From: the human T2T-CHM13v2.0 reference genome, Homo sapiens
Strand: one strand, 5' to 3'
DNA length: 64,000 nucleotides
Assembly: GCF_009914755.1 (NCBI RefSeq)
Contig: NC_060926.1
The translations under genes and the position numbers were made by a program. The notes under the pieces were generated by a model. That model saw nothing but the letters and a program-made list of their open reading frames with translations, was not told the DNA's origin and made no database searches. This document shows positions 45,222-64,000 of this stretch, in pieces. How positions within the stretch are numbered: the stretch's first letter is position 1; every line of letters begins with the position of its first letter.

Positions 45222-45849
45222 CTAGAAATACCATTTGACCCAGCCATCCCATTACTGGGTATATACCCAAAGGACTATAAATCATGCTGCTATAAAGACA
45301 CATGCACATGTATGTTTATTGCGGCATTATTCACAATAGCAAAGACTTGGAACCAAGCCAAATGTCCAACAATGATAGACTGGATTAAGAAAATGTGGCA
45401 CATATACACCATGGAATACTATGCAGCCATAAAAAATGATGAGTTCATGTCCTTTGTAGGGACATGGATGAAATTGGAAATCATCATTCTCAGTAAACTA
45501 TCGCAAGAACAAAAAACCAAACACCGCATATTCTCACTCATAGGTGGGAACTGAACAATGAGATCACATGGACACAGGAAGGGGAATATCACACTCTGGG
45601 GACTGTGGTGGGGTGGGGGGAGGGGGGAGGGATAGCATTGGGAGATATACCTAATGGTGGATGACGAGTTAGTGGGTGCAGCACACCAGCATGGCACATG
45701 TATACATATGTAACTAACCTGCACAATGTGCACATGTACCCTAAAACTTAAAGTATAATAAAAGAAAAGAAAAGAAAAAAAAATATTAATAAAATTATAA
45801 CTTAATAAAAAAACAATTAATAAAAAGGCTCTAACAGAAAAAAAAAAAA
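45222..45849 (+). mobile_element. 5'-truncated L1PA2 with short 3' transduction
   Basis: Near-consensus 3' end with GAG (ATGACGAGTTAG) at the Ta diagnostic site; perfect 18-bp TSD AAGAGTTTTTGAGTTCTC at 45204-45221 and 45848-45865. Confidence 0.95.
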
Positions 45850-46162
45850 GAGTTTTTGAGTTCTCAAGTCCCACTAAAAAGAAAGTACCCTAATAAAAAG
45901 TTGGCAAATTGGCTGTAAACAATTGGCAATTTCTCTGTATCATAATCTAAACCACGTTACTTTGCTGAAGTTTATTCAGATATCTTTGCTCTAAAACTTG
46001 GCACCAAATTCTAAGAAAATATTCTATTTTATTCATTTTAATTATTTGATTCAAATATAAAAATATGTTAGAAAACACATAGAAAACTCATTCCTCTATT
46101 TGCATTTCCACCCTTTTCTCTCTAGTTGCTATAGTTTAACGTTTGTATTCATGTATTTTTTA

Positions 46163-46852
<690 letters not shown>

Positions 46853-47063
46853 TCCAGAGATGTTTCCAAGTCAGTAGTAGATAGAACTCTTCCTTTTTCT
46901 TTTTTGCAGATGCATAGTTTTCTATTGTATAGATACACTGTGATTTATTCAACCAGTTCCCTACTGCTGGATACTTGTGTTCTAATTTTTTGCTTTATGA
47001 ACAAAAAAATTGCAATTGATTTTACAACTATCATATTAGCACAGATAATATCTATATAATATA

Positions 47064-47381
47064 CAGTCATGCACTGCATAACAATGTTTTGGTCAATGAC
47101 CGACTGCATATACTATGGCCATCCCATAAGATTATAATACCATATTTTTACTGTACCTTTTCTGTGTTTAGGTACACAAATACTTAGTGTTATAATTGCC
47201 TGTGGTATTCAGTACAGTCACATGTGGTACAGGTTTGTAGCCTAGGAGCAATAGGCTATATCTTACTGCCTGAGTTTCTAACTAGGTTTGTGTAGATACA
47301 CTCTGTGAGTTCACACAATGACTGAATCTCCTAATAATACATTTCTCAGAACGAATTTCTGTTATTAAGCAACTCATGATT
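47064..47381 (+). mobile_element. Tigger3a (MER7A) MITE
   Basis: TA|CAGTCATGCACTGCATAAC...CCCATAAGATTATAATACC...TTAAGCAACTCATGA. Confidence 0.88.
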
Positions 47382-47571
47382 CTCTCTCTATATATATAGT
47401 GGGTGTAATATATATATGTATATGTATGTATGTGTGTATATATAAAAAGAAATATATATATAACTATATATATATAAAAAGAGATTCCTAGAAATAAATC
47501 AAAGGTAAATGCATCTGAAATTTTAGTAGATATTTCCAGAAACCTCTTCCTGATGGTTATTCCATTTTTCT

Positions 47572-52340
<4,769 letters not shown>

Positions 52341-52788
52341 CCTGCTTTTTTTTTTTTTTTCATTATTCCTTTTTTCTACTCCCACCAGCAATATTTGAAA
52401 GCGTTTGTTTCCCCATAGCCTCTCCAATAATGTACTATAGGAGTTTTGGATTTTGCCAGATAGTTGAGGAATTCTATCTCAGTGTAATATTAATTTGTAT
52501 TTTTATTGGTGAAGTTTAGCATCATCTCATTTTTTTAGTGGATATTTGTATTTTTTCTGTGAACTATTCATTCATATTCTTTGCTTACTTGTCTATAAAA
52601 TTGGCCTTTTCATTCACTATTTCTAGAAGTTTTTATATAAGAATACTTATAAGCACTCAGTTTGTGCTATGAATTGCAAATGTCTTTCCTATTTGTCATT
52701 TCTGTTTTGATTTTGCTAATGGGATATTTTTGACATACATAAATGTTTGGTTGATTTGTGTTTACATTTGACTATTATGCTATCCAGA

Positions 52789-53249
52789 TTTTTTTTAAAT
52801 TTTAAGTTCTAGGATACATGTGCGGAACGTGCAGATTTGTTACATAGGAAAACGTGTGCTATGGTGGTTTGCTGCACCTACCAACCCATCATTTAGGTGT
52901 TAAGCTCCGCATGCATTAGCTATTTATCCTGATGCTCTCCCTTTCCCCATCCCCCCATGACAGGCCACAGTGTTGTTCCCCTCCCTGTGACCATGTGTTT
53001 TCATTGTTCAGCTTCTATCTGTAAGCAAGAATAAGCAGTATTTGGTTTTCTGTTCCTGTGTTAGTTTGCTGAGGATAATGGATTCCAGCTCCAACCATTT
53101 CCCTGCAAAGGACATGCTCTAGTTCCTTTTTATGGCTGCATAGTATTCCATGGTGTATATGTACCACATTTTCTTTATCCAGTCTATCATTGGTGGGCAT
53201 TTGGGTTGATCCCATGTCTTTGCTATTGTGAATAGTGCTGCAATGAACA
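52789..53249 (-). mobile_element. 5'-truncated L1PA (about PA7-PA10) 3' end
   Basis: Reverse L1PA 3' UTR; TSD CTATCCAGA at 52780 and 53260; ~10 extra nt at the 5' junction. Confidence 0.9.
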
Positions 53250-53299
53250 AACCAAGCAACTATCCAGACTTTGATTTATAGTTAGAAAGGTCTTGGCCA

Positions 53300-53755
<456 letters not shown>

Positions 53756-53784
53756 TTTTTAATTTAAGCAAGAAAGGTCTTCCC

Positions 53785-56250
53785 ATGATTCTAATAAATA
53801 TCACCTATGTTGTTTTCTAATACTTTTATCATTTCATTTCTTTACATTCAAATTGTTGCTCCATTTGGGCCTATTTCTGTATCCCCATAACATAGCATGA
53901 GTACAGAACTGGCTTTCTTTTCTTTCAACTTGCCACTCCATTTCCCCAACACTATTTATTTATTTAAAAGTCCATCTTAACTTTGATTTGGCATGCAGTC
54001 TTCATTGTGCACTAAATCCCCATGTGCATTCAAGTCTTTCTCTGGACTTTTTCTACTCTGTTTCATTAGTCTGTCTTTTCATAAGCCAATCCTACATTCT
54101 TAATTATTGATGCATTATAGTATGTTTAAACCCCTAATAAGAATAGCACTTTTATTGCTTTTATTTATCAGAATTTCATAGGCTATTTTTTGTTCACTTT
54201 TTCCCCCATAGGAATTTTATAATTGGTTTGTCTAGTTCCAGGAAAGAAAATCTGTATTTTTTGTTATTATTGTTCCTTAGTAACTTATCAATGTAATACA
54301 ACTGCTTTATGATAATGAGTCTTTCTGTTAAAGAACACAGTCTTTACATTTGTCTAAGTTAACTTTTATATCCTTTTTATTAGAAAGTTTCTCCTCTAGG
54401 TTCTGAACATTTCTTAAATAATTCTTAATACTTTGTCACTTGTTATTATCGATGTGGGATTTACTCGCCCATTCTTTCTTTTTTTTTTTTTTTGAGACGA
54501 AGTCTCACTCTGTCGCCTAGGCTGGAGTGCAGTGGCGTGATTTCAGCTTACTGCAAGCTCCGCCTCCCGGGTTCACGCCATTCTCCTGCCTCAGCCTCCT
54601 GAGTAGCTGGGACTACAGGTGTCCACCACGACGCCCGGCTAATTTTTTGTAATTTTAGTAGAAACGGGGTTTCACCGTGTTAGCTAGGATGGTCTCGATC
54701 TTCTGACCTTGTGATCTGCCCACCTCGGCCTCCCAAAGTGCTGGGATTACAGGCATGAGCCACCGTGCCCGGCCACTTGCCCATTATTTCTAAGTCATTG
54801 TTTACATATATGAAGACTATTAATTTCTATGTATTAATAATTTTATATCCTGCTACTTTGCTGAATTTTCTTATAATCATTTTCATTTGGTATCTGTTGG
54901 ATTTTTCAGGTATACAATCATACCATCTGAAAATATAGAAATATATTTTTTCCCAATTTTTATACCTCTAATTTTCTATGGTATTGGAGGTACAGCCAAT
55001 CAATTAGACAATGTTAACTAGTAGTGGTGATTTTGGGCATCTTTGTCTAGTTCCAGACTTTAGGAAGAATATCTTCAGTGTTTCTCCACTAGGAAATGGG
55101 CTAGCCTTAAAGTTAAGATAAAATATGTATAATAGTATAATGTTTTCATCAATTCTTATTTTGAGTGCTTTTTAAAAAATCAAGAATAGTTTTGGTTTTT
55201 ATTAAATTCCTTTTAGCAACTATAAATATAAACATAATTTTCCATCATAAATTTATTAATATGGTAAATTACATTAATATATTTTGTATTATTGAGTTAT
55301 TCTTGCATTCTTACATAAGCATTGAGAAGGAATCTCACTTGATCATGGTATATTCTCTTAATGTGCTAATTTGTTAATATTTTAGTAAGTCTTCTCAATT
55401 GACATTCATAACTAAAGTTGATAATTCTTTTTTGCAGTCTATAAGGCTTTAGTATCATCAATGTTATAACTTATAGTCTGGAATTTTTCATTTTTCTAAA
55501 ATTGGAACAGTTCAAATAGCATTACCTACTCTCTAAAGATTCCTCTGTGAGACGAGATGGGTACATTTGGGGGTTGAGGAGATATTTGCAACATATGTAA
55601 GCAATAATTAAGCTATTTTGCAACCTCTTCTTTAGGATTTCCCTCTATTTCAACACGAAATTTCAGTATTATCTTACAGCATTTAACCTTGATATTTTTA
55701 ATTGTGCTTATGCTTCTATAATCTACTAATTTCTATAGTAATTGACCCCTGTGGAATTTCTGAGTCTGCTGGGGTGACTTTTGAATGATTTAGTTTTCCT
55801 GGAAAAATCATTTGTTTCATCTTCCGAGTTTTCAAATTTATTTGCACAGAGTTGTGCAAAGCAGCTTCATAATCCCTTTTGTTTCTGTTATTCTTTTCAT
55901 TTCATATTTTTTAATCATTTGCTGTATTTTAGTTTGGAAAGTGAATTAATCTGTCTTATTTTTAGTGTATTTCTGTTTCTCCTTGTATATTCTATAGCTT
56001 TGACTTCATGCAAGTAATTGCTAAGCTGTTTGGTACACAGATATTCATAACTAATCTTCCTTGTGAATTCTCATACTTAGCATTTTTTAAAAGTCTTTAT
56101 AAATCGCTTTTGGGTGTGAGTTCTATATTTACTGATTAAAATCACTGCCTGTGCTTTATTTTAGTTCATATTTGCTCATACTGTTATCTTAATTGAGTTG
56201 CATTGTCTTAGAAGTGTCTCTTGTATACAAGACAGGGCTACATTTTGCTT
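53785..56250 (-). mobile_element. Old L1M (L1MC-ME) ORF2 remnants
   Basis: Degenerate reverse ORF2 text (GGGCATCTTTGTCTAGTTCCAGAC, CACTTGATCATGGTATATT). Confidence 0.7.
54479..54774 (-). mobile_element. AluY
   Basis: Y diagnostics; TSD ACT(C/T)GCCCATT(C/A)TTTC. Confidence 0.95.
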
Positions 56251-56294
56251 TATGATAGAAGTATATGACTTATTTCATGCACACAAACCCCAAA

Positions 56295-56425
56295 ATTCAC
56301 ATCTAACTATGTTCCACTGGCCAAAGCAAGTTACCTGGCAGTCTAGATTCAAAGAGGAGAAATAAACTTCACTCTTAGGGAGAAGTTACACAATACTGTG
56401 GCCATTTGGGTAGGGAACAGACCTA
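56295..56425 (-). mobile_element. MLT1 (MaLR) LTR fragment
   Basis: TTCCACTGGCCAAAGCAAGTTACCTGGC...AGATTCAAAG. Confidence 0.6.
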
Positions 56426-57399
56426 CTGCAGGCTGTGAGGTGGACTGCCTGTGTAAGAGCTAACTGGGGAGTGTAGAAGAGATCTGTGTTTGGAGGCAGG
56501 TCTCCTACTTGAGTGAAATGTGCAGTTGGCAGACACTCCCACCGCTTTTCTAAGGCTTACTTAAGAACCATACATGCACTGGAAGAGAAAGCCAGCATTT
56601 GAACTTGTGCTCCTCAGAGTACATGGATGGCTATTCAGTGTTAGCCACAGAAGCAGGGACAGCCAACATAGAGGGCTCCAACTTTCTCCAGTCAAGGAGG
56701 GGGACATTTTCTCTCCCCCCTTCCCCTCTTTTGCCCCAGTTACAGAAGAGCTACAACAGAGAGAGTAAGGAGGTATCTGGGAACCAGACCCTTGCCCTTC
56801 ATTCTCACTCTAAGCTGATAGAACCACAGCTTTTGCCTAAGTTAAGGGAGGGTAGGAGAAGAACTACCAACAGAATAAAGTATTTCTGATGGTTGAAAAT
56901 GGCTGAATGGCTACAGAATCTGGCCAAGATATCATTAAAGGAGCCTCTCCACAGGAAGAAAGAATTTAATAAAGTGCAAAGTATAGACAAGAAAAAGAAA
57001 ATAGGAAGCAGAGGTGGTAGGTGAAAAAAAGAAGGGGGCAAAATTAATACAATATAATGAATAGAATAACTATTAGATTAGACTAGAAGAGGGTAAGGTC
57101 CTAGAGGAAGCTGAATGGGGTGGGATCAATGCAGCCTGGACTTGAACAGGAGGAAACAAACTTCATCTTTTAAGACTGGAGGAAAAGGTATTAAGAACTG
57201 ATATGAACAGGTGATTGTGCAGACAGGAGTCTGGAAAGCTAATAACTTCAATTTTTTTAATGAAGTAGGAAGTAAGAATGTCTAGTGAGAAAGAGAGTAG
57301 CTTGAACAATGAGGAGCTTTAGAATAGTCATTGGAATACTAAGGTTGAAATTAATCAAAGGTGGATAGATTAAAAATATTTTTCTCTGTGCTAGCAACA

Positions 57400-58650
57400 A
57401 GCTATAAAAGAGGAAAAAAATTTTAAAGGACCTCCTGAAAAATAATAGAATGATACATAAGGACATTAAATAATAAATTTTTTGGTATACTTAGTATAAA
57501 AACATGAATGCTCCCCCAAATCAAGTAAATGTAATACAATTCTAATTTAAATTTGCCTAGGGTTTTGGGGAATTGGATAAAGTGATCTTAAAGGCTATAT
57601 GGAATAATTAATGTAAAAAGGAAAACTGGTGAGGAGTGACCTGCCTCACTAGATTGGAGCATATCGTGACCTCCTTATAGGCTTTGGTTTTGGCTTAAAA
57701 AAAAATAAGTCAGAAGAATAGAATAGAGGGCTCAGAAGTAGACCCAGTACTTGTGGATATTTGATATTTAATAAAAATGGTATTTCAGTTAAAAGGAGAA
57801 AAGATAGGTTATTTTTAAAATGGTGCTGATCCAACATCCTATTAATCTGGAAAAAAAGTATTAATATATTGAGATAAGTTCCAGATTGATTAAAGAAAAA
57901 TGAAATAATAGATTTTATATACATACAAACATCCTTCAAATTGTTGATTAACCAAGATAGGACCTAGAAGTTATAAAGGACAAGACACACATAATTTCCA
58001 AATCTGTGTGACAGACGATTAAATTTAAATCAAAAGAAAATGAATGCTATGCTTTATTGAAAAAATTTTAAAAAGGGAATGATAAATTAGGGGAAATTAT
58101 TTATTTGAAACACATGATAGAGAAGATTTGGACTATACTAAAGTGCTTACAAATGAATAAAACATAAATAACCAAAAAGAAACAACGGGCAAATTAGATT
58201 TGCAGAAAAGGGAATCCAAATGGCCAATAAACATGAAATCATGCGCAGCCTTGCTGGGAGTGAGGGAAATGCAAATAAAATAACAACAATATATCATGTC
58301 ATAGCCATTAGACTAGCAAAAATTGACAGTGAAAATTGCTGCTGAAAAGGTTTGGGGAGAAGAGTACTCTCATATATGTGGAAATGTTCATTGTTTCAGT
58401 CTTTCAAAAATGTAATCTGGTATTATCCATTGTAATTAAAAATACATTTACCTATCCCATCATAGGAATCTATCCCATGGAAATAAAATCACTGCTAGGT
58501 AAGGCATACACACATTTATGTGTATTGCATCATTGTTTGTACTAATGGAAGACTGGAGACAGAGTGAGTGCCCCTCAGTAGACAAATGGCTCAATATACT
58601 GTATTACAGCATACTCATATCATTAGTATCATACAACCATTAAAAGAAAT
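57400..58650 (+). mobile_element. Old L1ME 3' ORF2 remnants
   Basis: CAAATGGCCAATAAACATGAAA, GGGAAATGCAAATAAAA, AGGAATCTATCCC. Confidence 0.7.
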
Positions 58651-58943
58651 CAATTCGGTTCTTATTAAGGACTTCCCTTGAGCTAGGCCCTCTTTTGATC
58701 CTCACCACAACCTTATGTGGTAGGTGGTAATAATTTTACAGGGTAGGAAACTGAAGCACAGAGAGTTTTTAAAAACGTACCCAAGGCCTCACAGAACTAC
58801 ATTCAAAATCTCTCTATTTTCTCTTTATGCCAGTAGATTTGGAGACATTTTGAAATATATTGTTCATCAGTATGAAAATCTTAATACAGAGAAGTATATA
58901 AAATAAGATCACAGTATTATAAAACAAATGACTCCCTAAACTT

Positions 58944-58946
<3 letters not shown>

Positions 58947-58984
<38 letters not shown>
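58947..58984 (+). repeat. (CA)19 microsatellite
   Basis: Directly visible. Confidence 0.95.
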
Positions 58985-58987
<3 letters not shown>

Positions 58988-59441
58988 CACAGGATGCTAT
59001 ATATCTAGAATAGGTTTCTACTCCAGAAAAGAAGGTTAAATATTAGGTTGTTAACATTTTAACTTTTGGAAGAACTACATTTACTATTCATGGTAAAAAA
59101 ATTATGGATATAATTTCATAAAGCTATGTATAAAGGAATGAACACCTTTCATGATTATCTGATGGGGGATAGATTTTATATGATTTTTATTTTTACCTTT
59201 GTTTTTAATTACTTAACTATTTTTTTAAATGAGCACAGATAATTGAGGGAAGGGGAGACTATATCCATTGTGGGAAAAATTTACATTAATGGAGACATAA
59301 TAATGACGATCTTATAAATTCGCCTCAAGACTATGTCTCACATGTCTCTAGAACTCAAAACAAATTAATGCTAACAAGAAAAGGTTTAGTTATTACATAT
59401 AAGACTTAAAATGTAATGCTCCAAACATCAGGTCTTGAAAG

Positions 59442-59911
59442 TGAGGGAAGAGAGAGACCCTCTCATATTGTTTTATACTCAGTACCTGTTTTAAGAAAAA
59501 AACAAGGAAGTGAAATCAAAGACAGGCAGCCCGGCGCCAGGCCCAAAATCGGACCTGGGCCTGCCTGGCCTAAACCTAGTAGTTAAAAATCAACTCATGG
59601 CTTAGAAACCGATGTTATTCATAGATTCCAGGTATTGTATAGAAGAACATTGTGAAACTCCCTGCCCAGTTCTGTTTCTCTATGACCACTGGTGCATGCA
59701 GCCCCTGTCACGTACCCCTTGCTTGCTCAAATCAATCACGACCCTTTCATGTAAAATCTTTAGTGTTGTGAGCCCTTAAAGGGGACAGAAATTGTGCACT
59801 CGGGGAGCTCGGATTTTAAGGCAGTAGCTTGCCAATGCTCCCAGCTGAATAAAGCCCTTCCTTATACAACTCAGTGTCTGAGAGGTTTTGTCTGCGGCTT
59901 GTCCTGCTACA
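59442..59911 (+). mobile_element. LTR2B-like solo LTR (HERV-E)
   Basis: TGAGGGAAGAGAGAGACCCTCTCATATTG...AATAAA...GTCCTGCTACA; perfect 4-bp TSD AAAG. Confidence 0.92.
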
Positions 59912-60269
59912 AAAGCAGGGTGTTTTTAGCAGAAGTAAAATTCAATCTATATTTCAGTGTATGCAGACCTCTCAAGCAAGCAGTTTCATTTAAAAAATTG
60001 GTGACGTATTTCTCACATTAACAAATTTGAAGTAAATTTAACAGTGTGTTTCACCTATTGAATAGGAAATGGTAAGAATTTATATATAGATTCTATGTAA
60101 ATATTTATATACTTTAAATGAATTTTGCCATAAACAAGCTGTACTTACATTACTTTTAATGATATTGATTAAATTGTAAATTCCTGAGGGGATTCATAGT
60201 ATCACGTTATCATTTAAGATATTTTTTTCTTTTTTGATTCTGTTCTCCCTGGCTATCATCATCTTGGCA

Positions 60270-61126
60270 TTATGCAGACTTTGTGGTGCAGAGAAATAGT
60301 GGACCCAGGTCCCAAAGTTCTCCCTGAATGGCAGAGCATGCATAAGAGGCAGATCTAAAAGTGATGAGGCAGAACAGATATGATCACAGGGCAGAAGCCT
60401 CACAGAAGCAGGGGAAACATCCCTGTTTGGAGTTGGGAGTGGGCAGGAGAATTTCTGTTGCTATCCATTTGGAGAGAAGGCTGCAGGAGAAGGGCTATCC
60501 TCAGGGGAGGCCCAGGATTCCTGTAGGGCCTGGAGGTGAAGAGACTTCTAAGACAGGATGAGGATGCAGGAAGTTGATTAGCAAGGGATTAGGATTCCAA
60601 AGGCTGCAGTGGAAGGGGCTGTGATGCAGGATAATTGTGGGAGTCACCAAAGCTGAGAAAATACAGAAGGGCGTAGGGAACTAGACAAGGTAGGAGGTCT
60701 GAGCTGGGATTAGGCACTTGCCTTTCTCCCTGTAAAGGAAAGTTATGATTAGTAGCGACTGGCCTCCACCCAACTAGGTACAAATTATATTGGTGCCATA
60801 ACTGCCTAAGGGTCCCAGGCACTTGGACCTGCCTCCAGTATTTGTTATATGGGCATGGTGACAGTGGTGGAGCAGAAGGGCAAAGTCTCCCAGGAGGCTC
60901 ACTTGAGTTCTGGGTTGATGAGTACTGTTGTGCTGAGCCTTTGTATTCTCACCGTCTATATAATCACTTACAATGATTATTTTGTGAATATAAAACATCT
61001 ACTCTCTGGTTATGAGTTAAACTCTTCAGACTCAATTTCTGGGGATTTTTGGTTTTCTTCCCTGAATTCAGGACATGCCCTACTTCAACTTGGGATGCGG
61101 ACTGCTAGAGTGTTGTGGTTCTGTCA
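60270..61126 (+). mobile_element. Possible ancient LTR-like element
   Basis: Purine/GC-rich block in AT-rich context with TATATAA (60957), an AATATAAA-like signal and a TGTCA end; family not recognised. Confidence 0.25.
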
Positions 61127-64000
61127 TACTTGGCTGTGAGTGAGACTCATTTCTTTGAGCTCCCTTTGTTTTGTGAAGCTCAGTGTTCCAAGTTCTCTCG
61201 TCCCTAAGGTCCTTGGCTGATGACTGCTTCGTAACCACATTCTTCTAGCCAACATGATGTAAACTAACAGAGCTTGCCAGTAGCTCTGTGATCTCTGAGA
61301 GATCACTTTAAGAAAAAAGGCTGAATTCATTGACTCACAAAACCAGTCTTTTGGCATACATGGAAGCCAATGAAGAAAGTATGTGAAAAGACAAGTTGCA
61401 ACAATCCATTCTTAAGAGCCATTGTTGGCCCTTTCTAAATTTCTGTTCTTTTAACTTTTGAAACTGCTGTCTTTGTATCTGAAAACATTAAGCTATTATG
61501 AACTAGAATTTGCCAATGCCAAATTGAAAGCAATTTTATGAGTTTAAAATGTCATTGCCAATAAAACGTTACCAAATACTTTCTTTTAGTATTTCAGTGT
61601 AGAGTTGAAACATTTCTTTAGATACAGGCAGGGGAAGTTCATTTTTGAAGATATAAGTTATGAGCATTTTAAGAGGGACAATCACGACCTAGCTGAGGTT
61701 TTCATGGATCTAGTTTTGATGTGACTTTCAATCTTAGGTTATTTTGATCTTTTCTTTCTATTTCTTAAATTAAGTTGCTTTGCAAACAACTACATATTTA
61801 ATGGTCTCAGAATAGGTAAATAACATGGTCATTTTATGGGCTGCTATTGGACATTGTTCTAATATCCCCAAACTCTACTCCTATCTAATTTTCCTACCTG
61901 TCTGGATGGCACTAGGCTTAGAATAAGATTTTGTTTTTAACCATGGTCATAGTAATATTCGTCCATGTTTCTCTTTCGTGATCCCTACTTCAAAATGCCA
62001 AACCCAAATATTAGTCTCTTGGCCTTTTGTTTATTGTTCTTATGAAAATTGCATAGCTTATCTGTGCTAAAAGGGTAGACTTTAAAATTTATTTTCTCCC
62101 ATGAGGTTTATAAAACATGACTAAATGAAACTCATGTTTTAGCTTTTGGAATGGGAAACAAATTGGAATATTGGGATATAATTCTTTCCCATTTAATGAA
62201 AGTATGACTAGACTTTTGACCTACACTGATTCAGGAAAGTGATATTAAGGCAAAATGTTTTAAGTAATTAGCTCTCTTTCTCAATTTGCGATTTTTTTTT
62301 AAAAAAGAAGAAACTTTGAAAAATTAAAGACAGATACTAAATATTAACTATAAAAGGATTTCAGTATGAGGGATAATAAATGTTTGAAAGATTCCAAGAC
62401 AGATAAAGTATAAGAATTGCATGGATAAGTAACTTTTAATTCATAATATAAGTGACATTTTCTTATTTACATTTACATGAAAGTCTAGTCATACTTGCTT
62501 TAAATGAAATCTAATCGAGTACTTACAGATGAAGAACGCTAAGTGTAACTTTATATTTGGTCTTAGATGATTCATTAGAAAATCCTTGATTTATAGATAA
62601 GCAAATTGTCTCTAAGAGACTGGAATATTTTTTAAAGCTCCCCAAATTTTTAGGGCCAAAACCAGAGTTTCAACATAGTTCTCTGGATTATTAGACATCA
62701 TTAAATTAAACTTTTTTTTCTAAAATATACATAGTGGAAAGAGGCTTCCATGAATTGCAGTAAGGTCTTTGTGCTGGTGCTTGAAGAGAGACCTCATGCT
62801 AGGAAATTCTTGCCTCCAGAAATTACCAATATATCATTTCCTGCAGTGACATATTAATTTGTCACTTTATTTGCCTTAATCAGTCCTACATGGATGGTCC
62901 AGTAGGCCTGAACTCAGAATGTAGTTTATACCAGCTTTTAAAAGGCATTTCTTTACCCTATCAAGTAGCATACCTATTAATAGGCATCTAAAATCATACC
63001 AAATTTATTTTCCATAAACAGCACATCCCAGCTTCTCAGGCCCACATTCTAAACAAGTAGCAAGTAAGTAGACTCTAGGTATAACCATTCCATTATTTAC
63101 TATTGTCATGTCATCTTATAGAGAGATCTCTTAGACTCAACACAAAATATCCTTCTTTTTTATTTTTGTTGACCTTTCGACAGCCTTTGACTCCTGGCTT
63201 AGAAATCAGTTATAAGACAAAATGCAGTAGCTCAGTATTGATCCCCCTGTTACAGACGCTTATGCAGAAGCAGGAACTGAGGAGTAGAAGTATTCTCTTG
63301 TTGGATCAGAAAATATTTGCCAGTTCATTAAATAGGAATGTGTTCTGGACTTACTTTTGGATAAACAAGTTGCATTCATTTTTTTTCCCTCTCAGCCACG
63401 AAAAAGAAAAGACCCATATTCAGATGATATGAGTTTATTATCTGGAACTAGGAGTGACTTAGAGACTACTGGTTCTATTCTCTAATCACTGCCAGAAAAA
63501 AGAACATGGCTTCAGATCAACTATCCCAAAATCAAGGTGTTTATTTTTGGTAGACATTTCACCTAGTTTATAATTGACATCTCTATTAATCAAGTTTCCT
63601 CAAAGTAATTGTGACCTAGGATGCTCCTTTCTGGTGCAAAGGACATGACATTTAAATCCGGAGAATACCTCTGGATTAAGATGATTATGTGAGCAAACGT
63701 GTTTTCTTCTCATAATTTTACCCTTACCTTCTTTATGACTATCTAGTAGAGTAGAAGATTCATAAGCAAGATTAATTAGGATAGCTTATAGGAAATAGAG
63801 AAGTTATTATCTTTGTAAATATGAGTAATTTAAAAATTGTAATACAGTAATATTTTAAATTGCTTATACACATATTAATTTTATAACTTTCTGTTTAAGC
63901 AGAATATTCTTCTCCCCAGCCACTCTAGGTAATAGTAGTCTAAGTTGGGGAAAAACAGAGTTAAAATCTTTTGAAGGAAAACAAGGCCCAAAATAATGTT

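Overview
Primate genomic DNA, almost certainly human (it carries an AluYa5-lineage Alu and an L1PA2). It is AT-rich, has no CpG island and is dominated by transposable elements: Alu, L1, L2, MIR, Tigger/MER DNA transposons and about 10 LTR elements, including a full THE1C provirus. I recognise no intact host protein-coding gene, tRNA, rRNA or CRISPR array. Almost all listed ORFs come from repeats or are chance ORFs; the longest (347 aa) is an L1 ORF2 reverse-transcriptase fragment. Best candidates for a second look: (1) a decayed plus-strand reading frame at about 28.2-32.3 kb, split by ancient repeats, with the layout of a retroviral-type envelope glycoprotein (inference only); (2) an L1 RT fragment and an Alu fragment that each appear to patch a deletion without poly(A) or TSD; (3) an L1PA2 with a 3' transduction; (4) a young AluYa with an (AT)n array born inside its TSD; (5) a perfect 87-bp tandem duplication; (6) a 40-bp inverted repeat made from an L2 tail. 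Subfamily names come from my recall of consensus sequences and need RepeatMasker/Dfam confirmation. Boundaries of old repeats are approximate.
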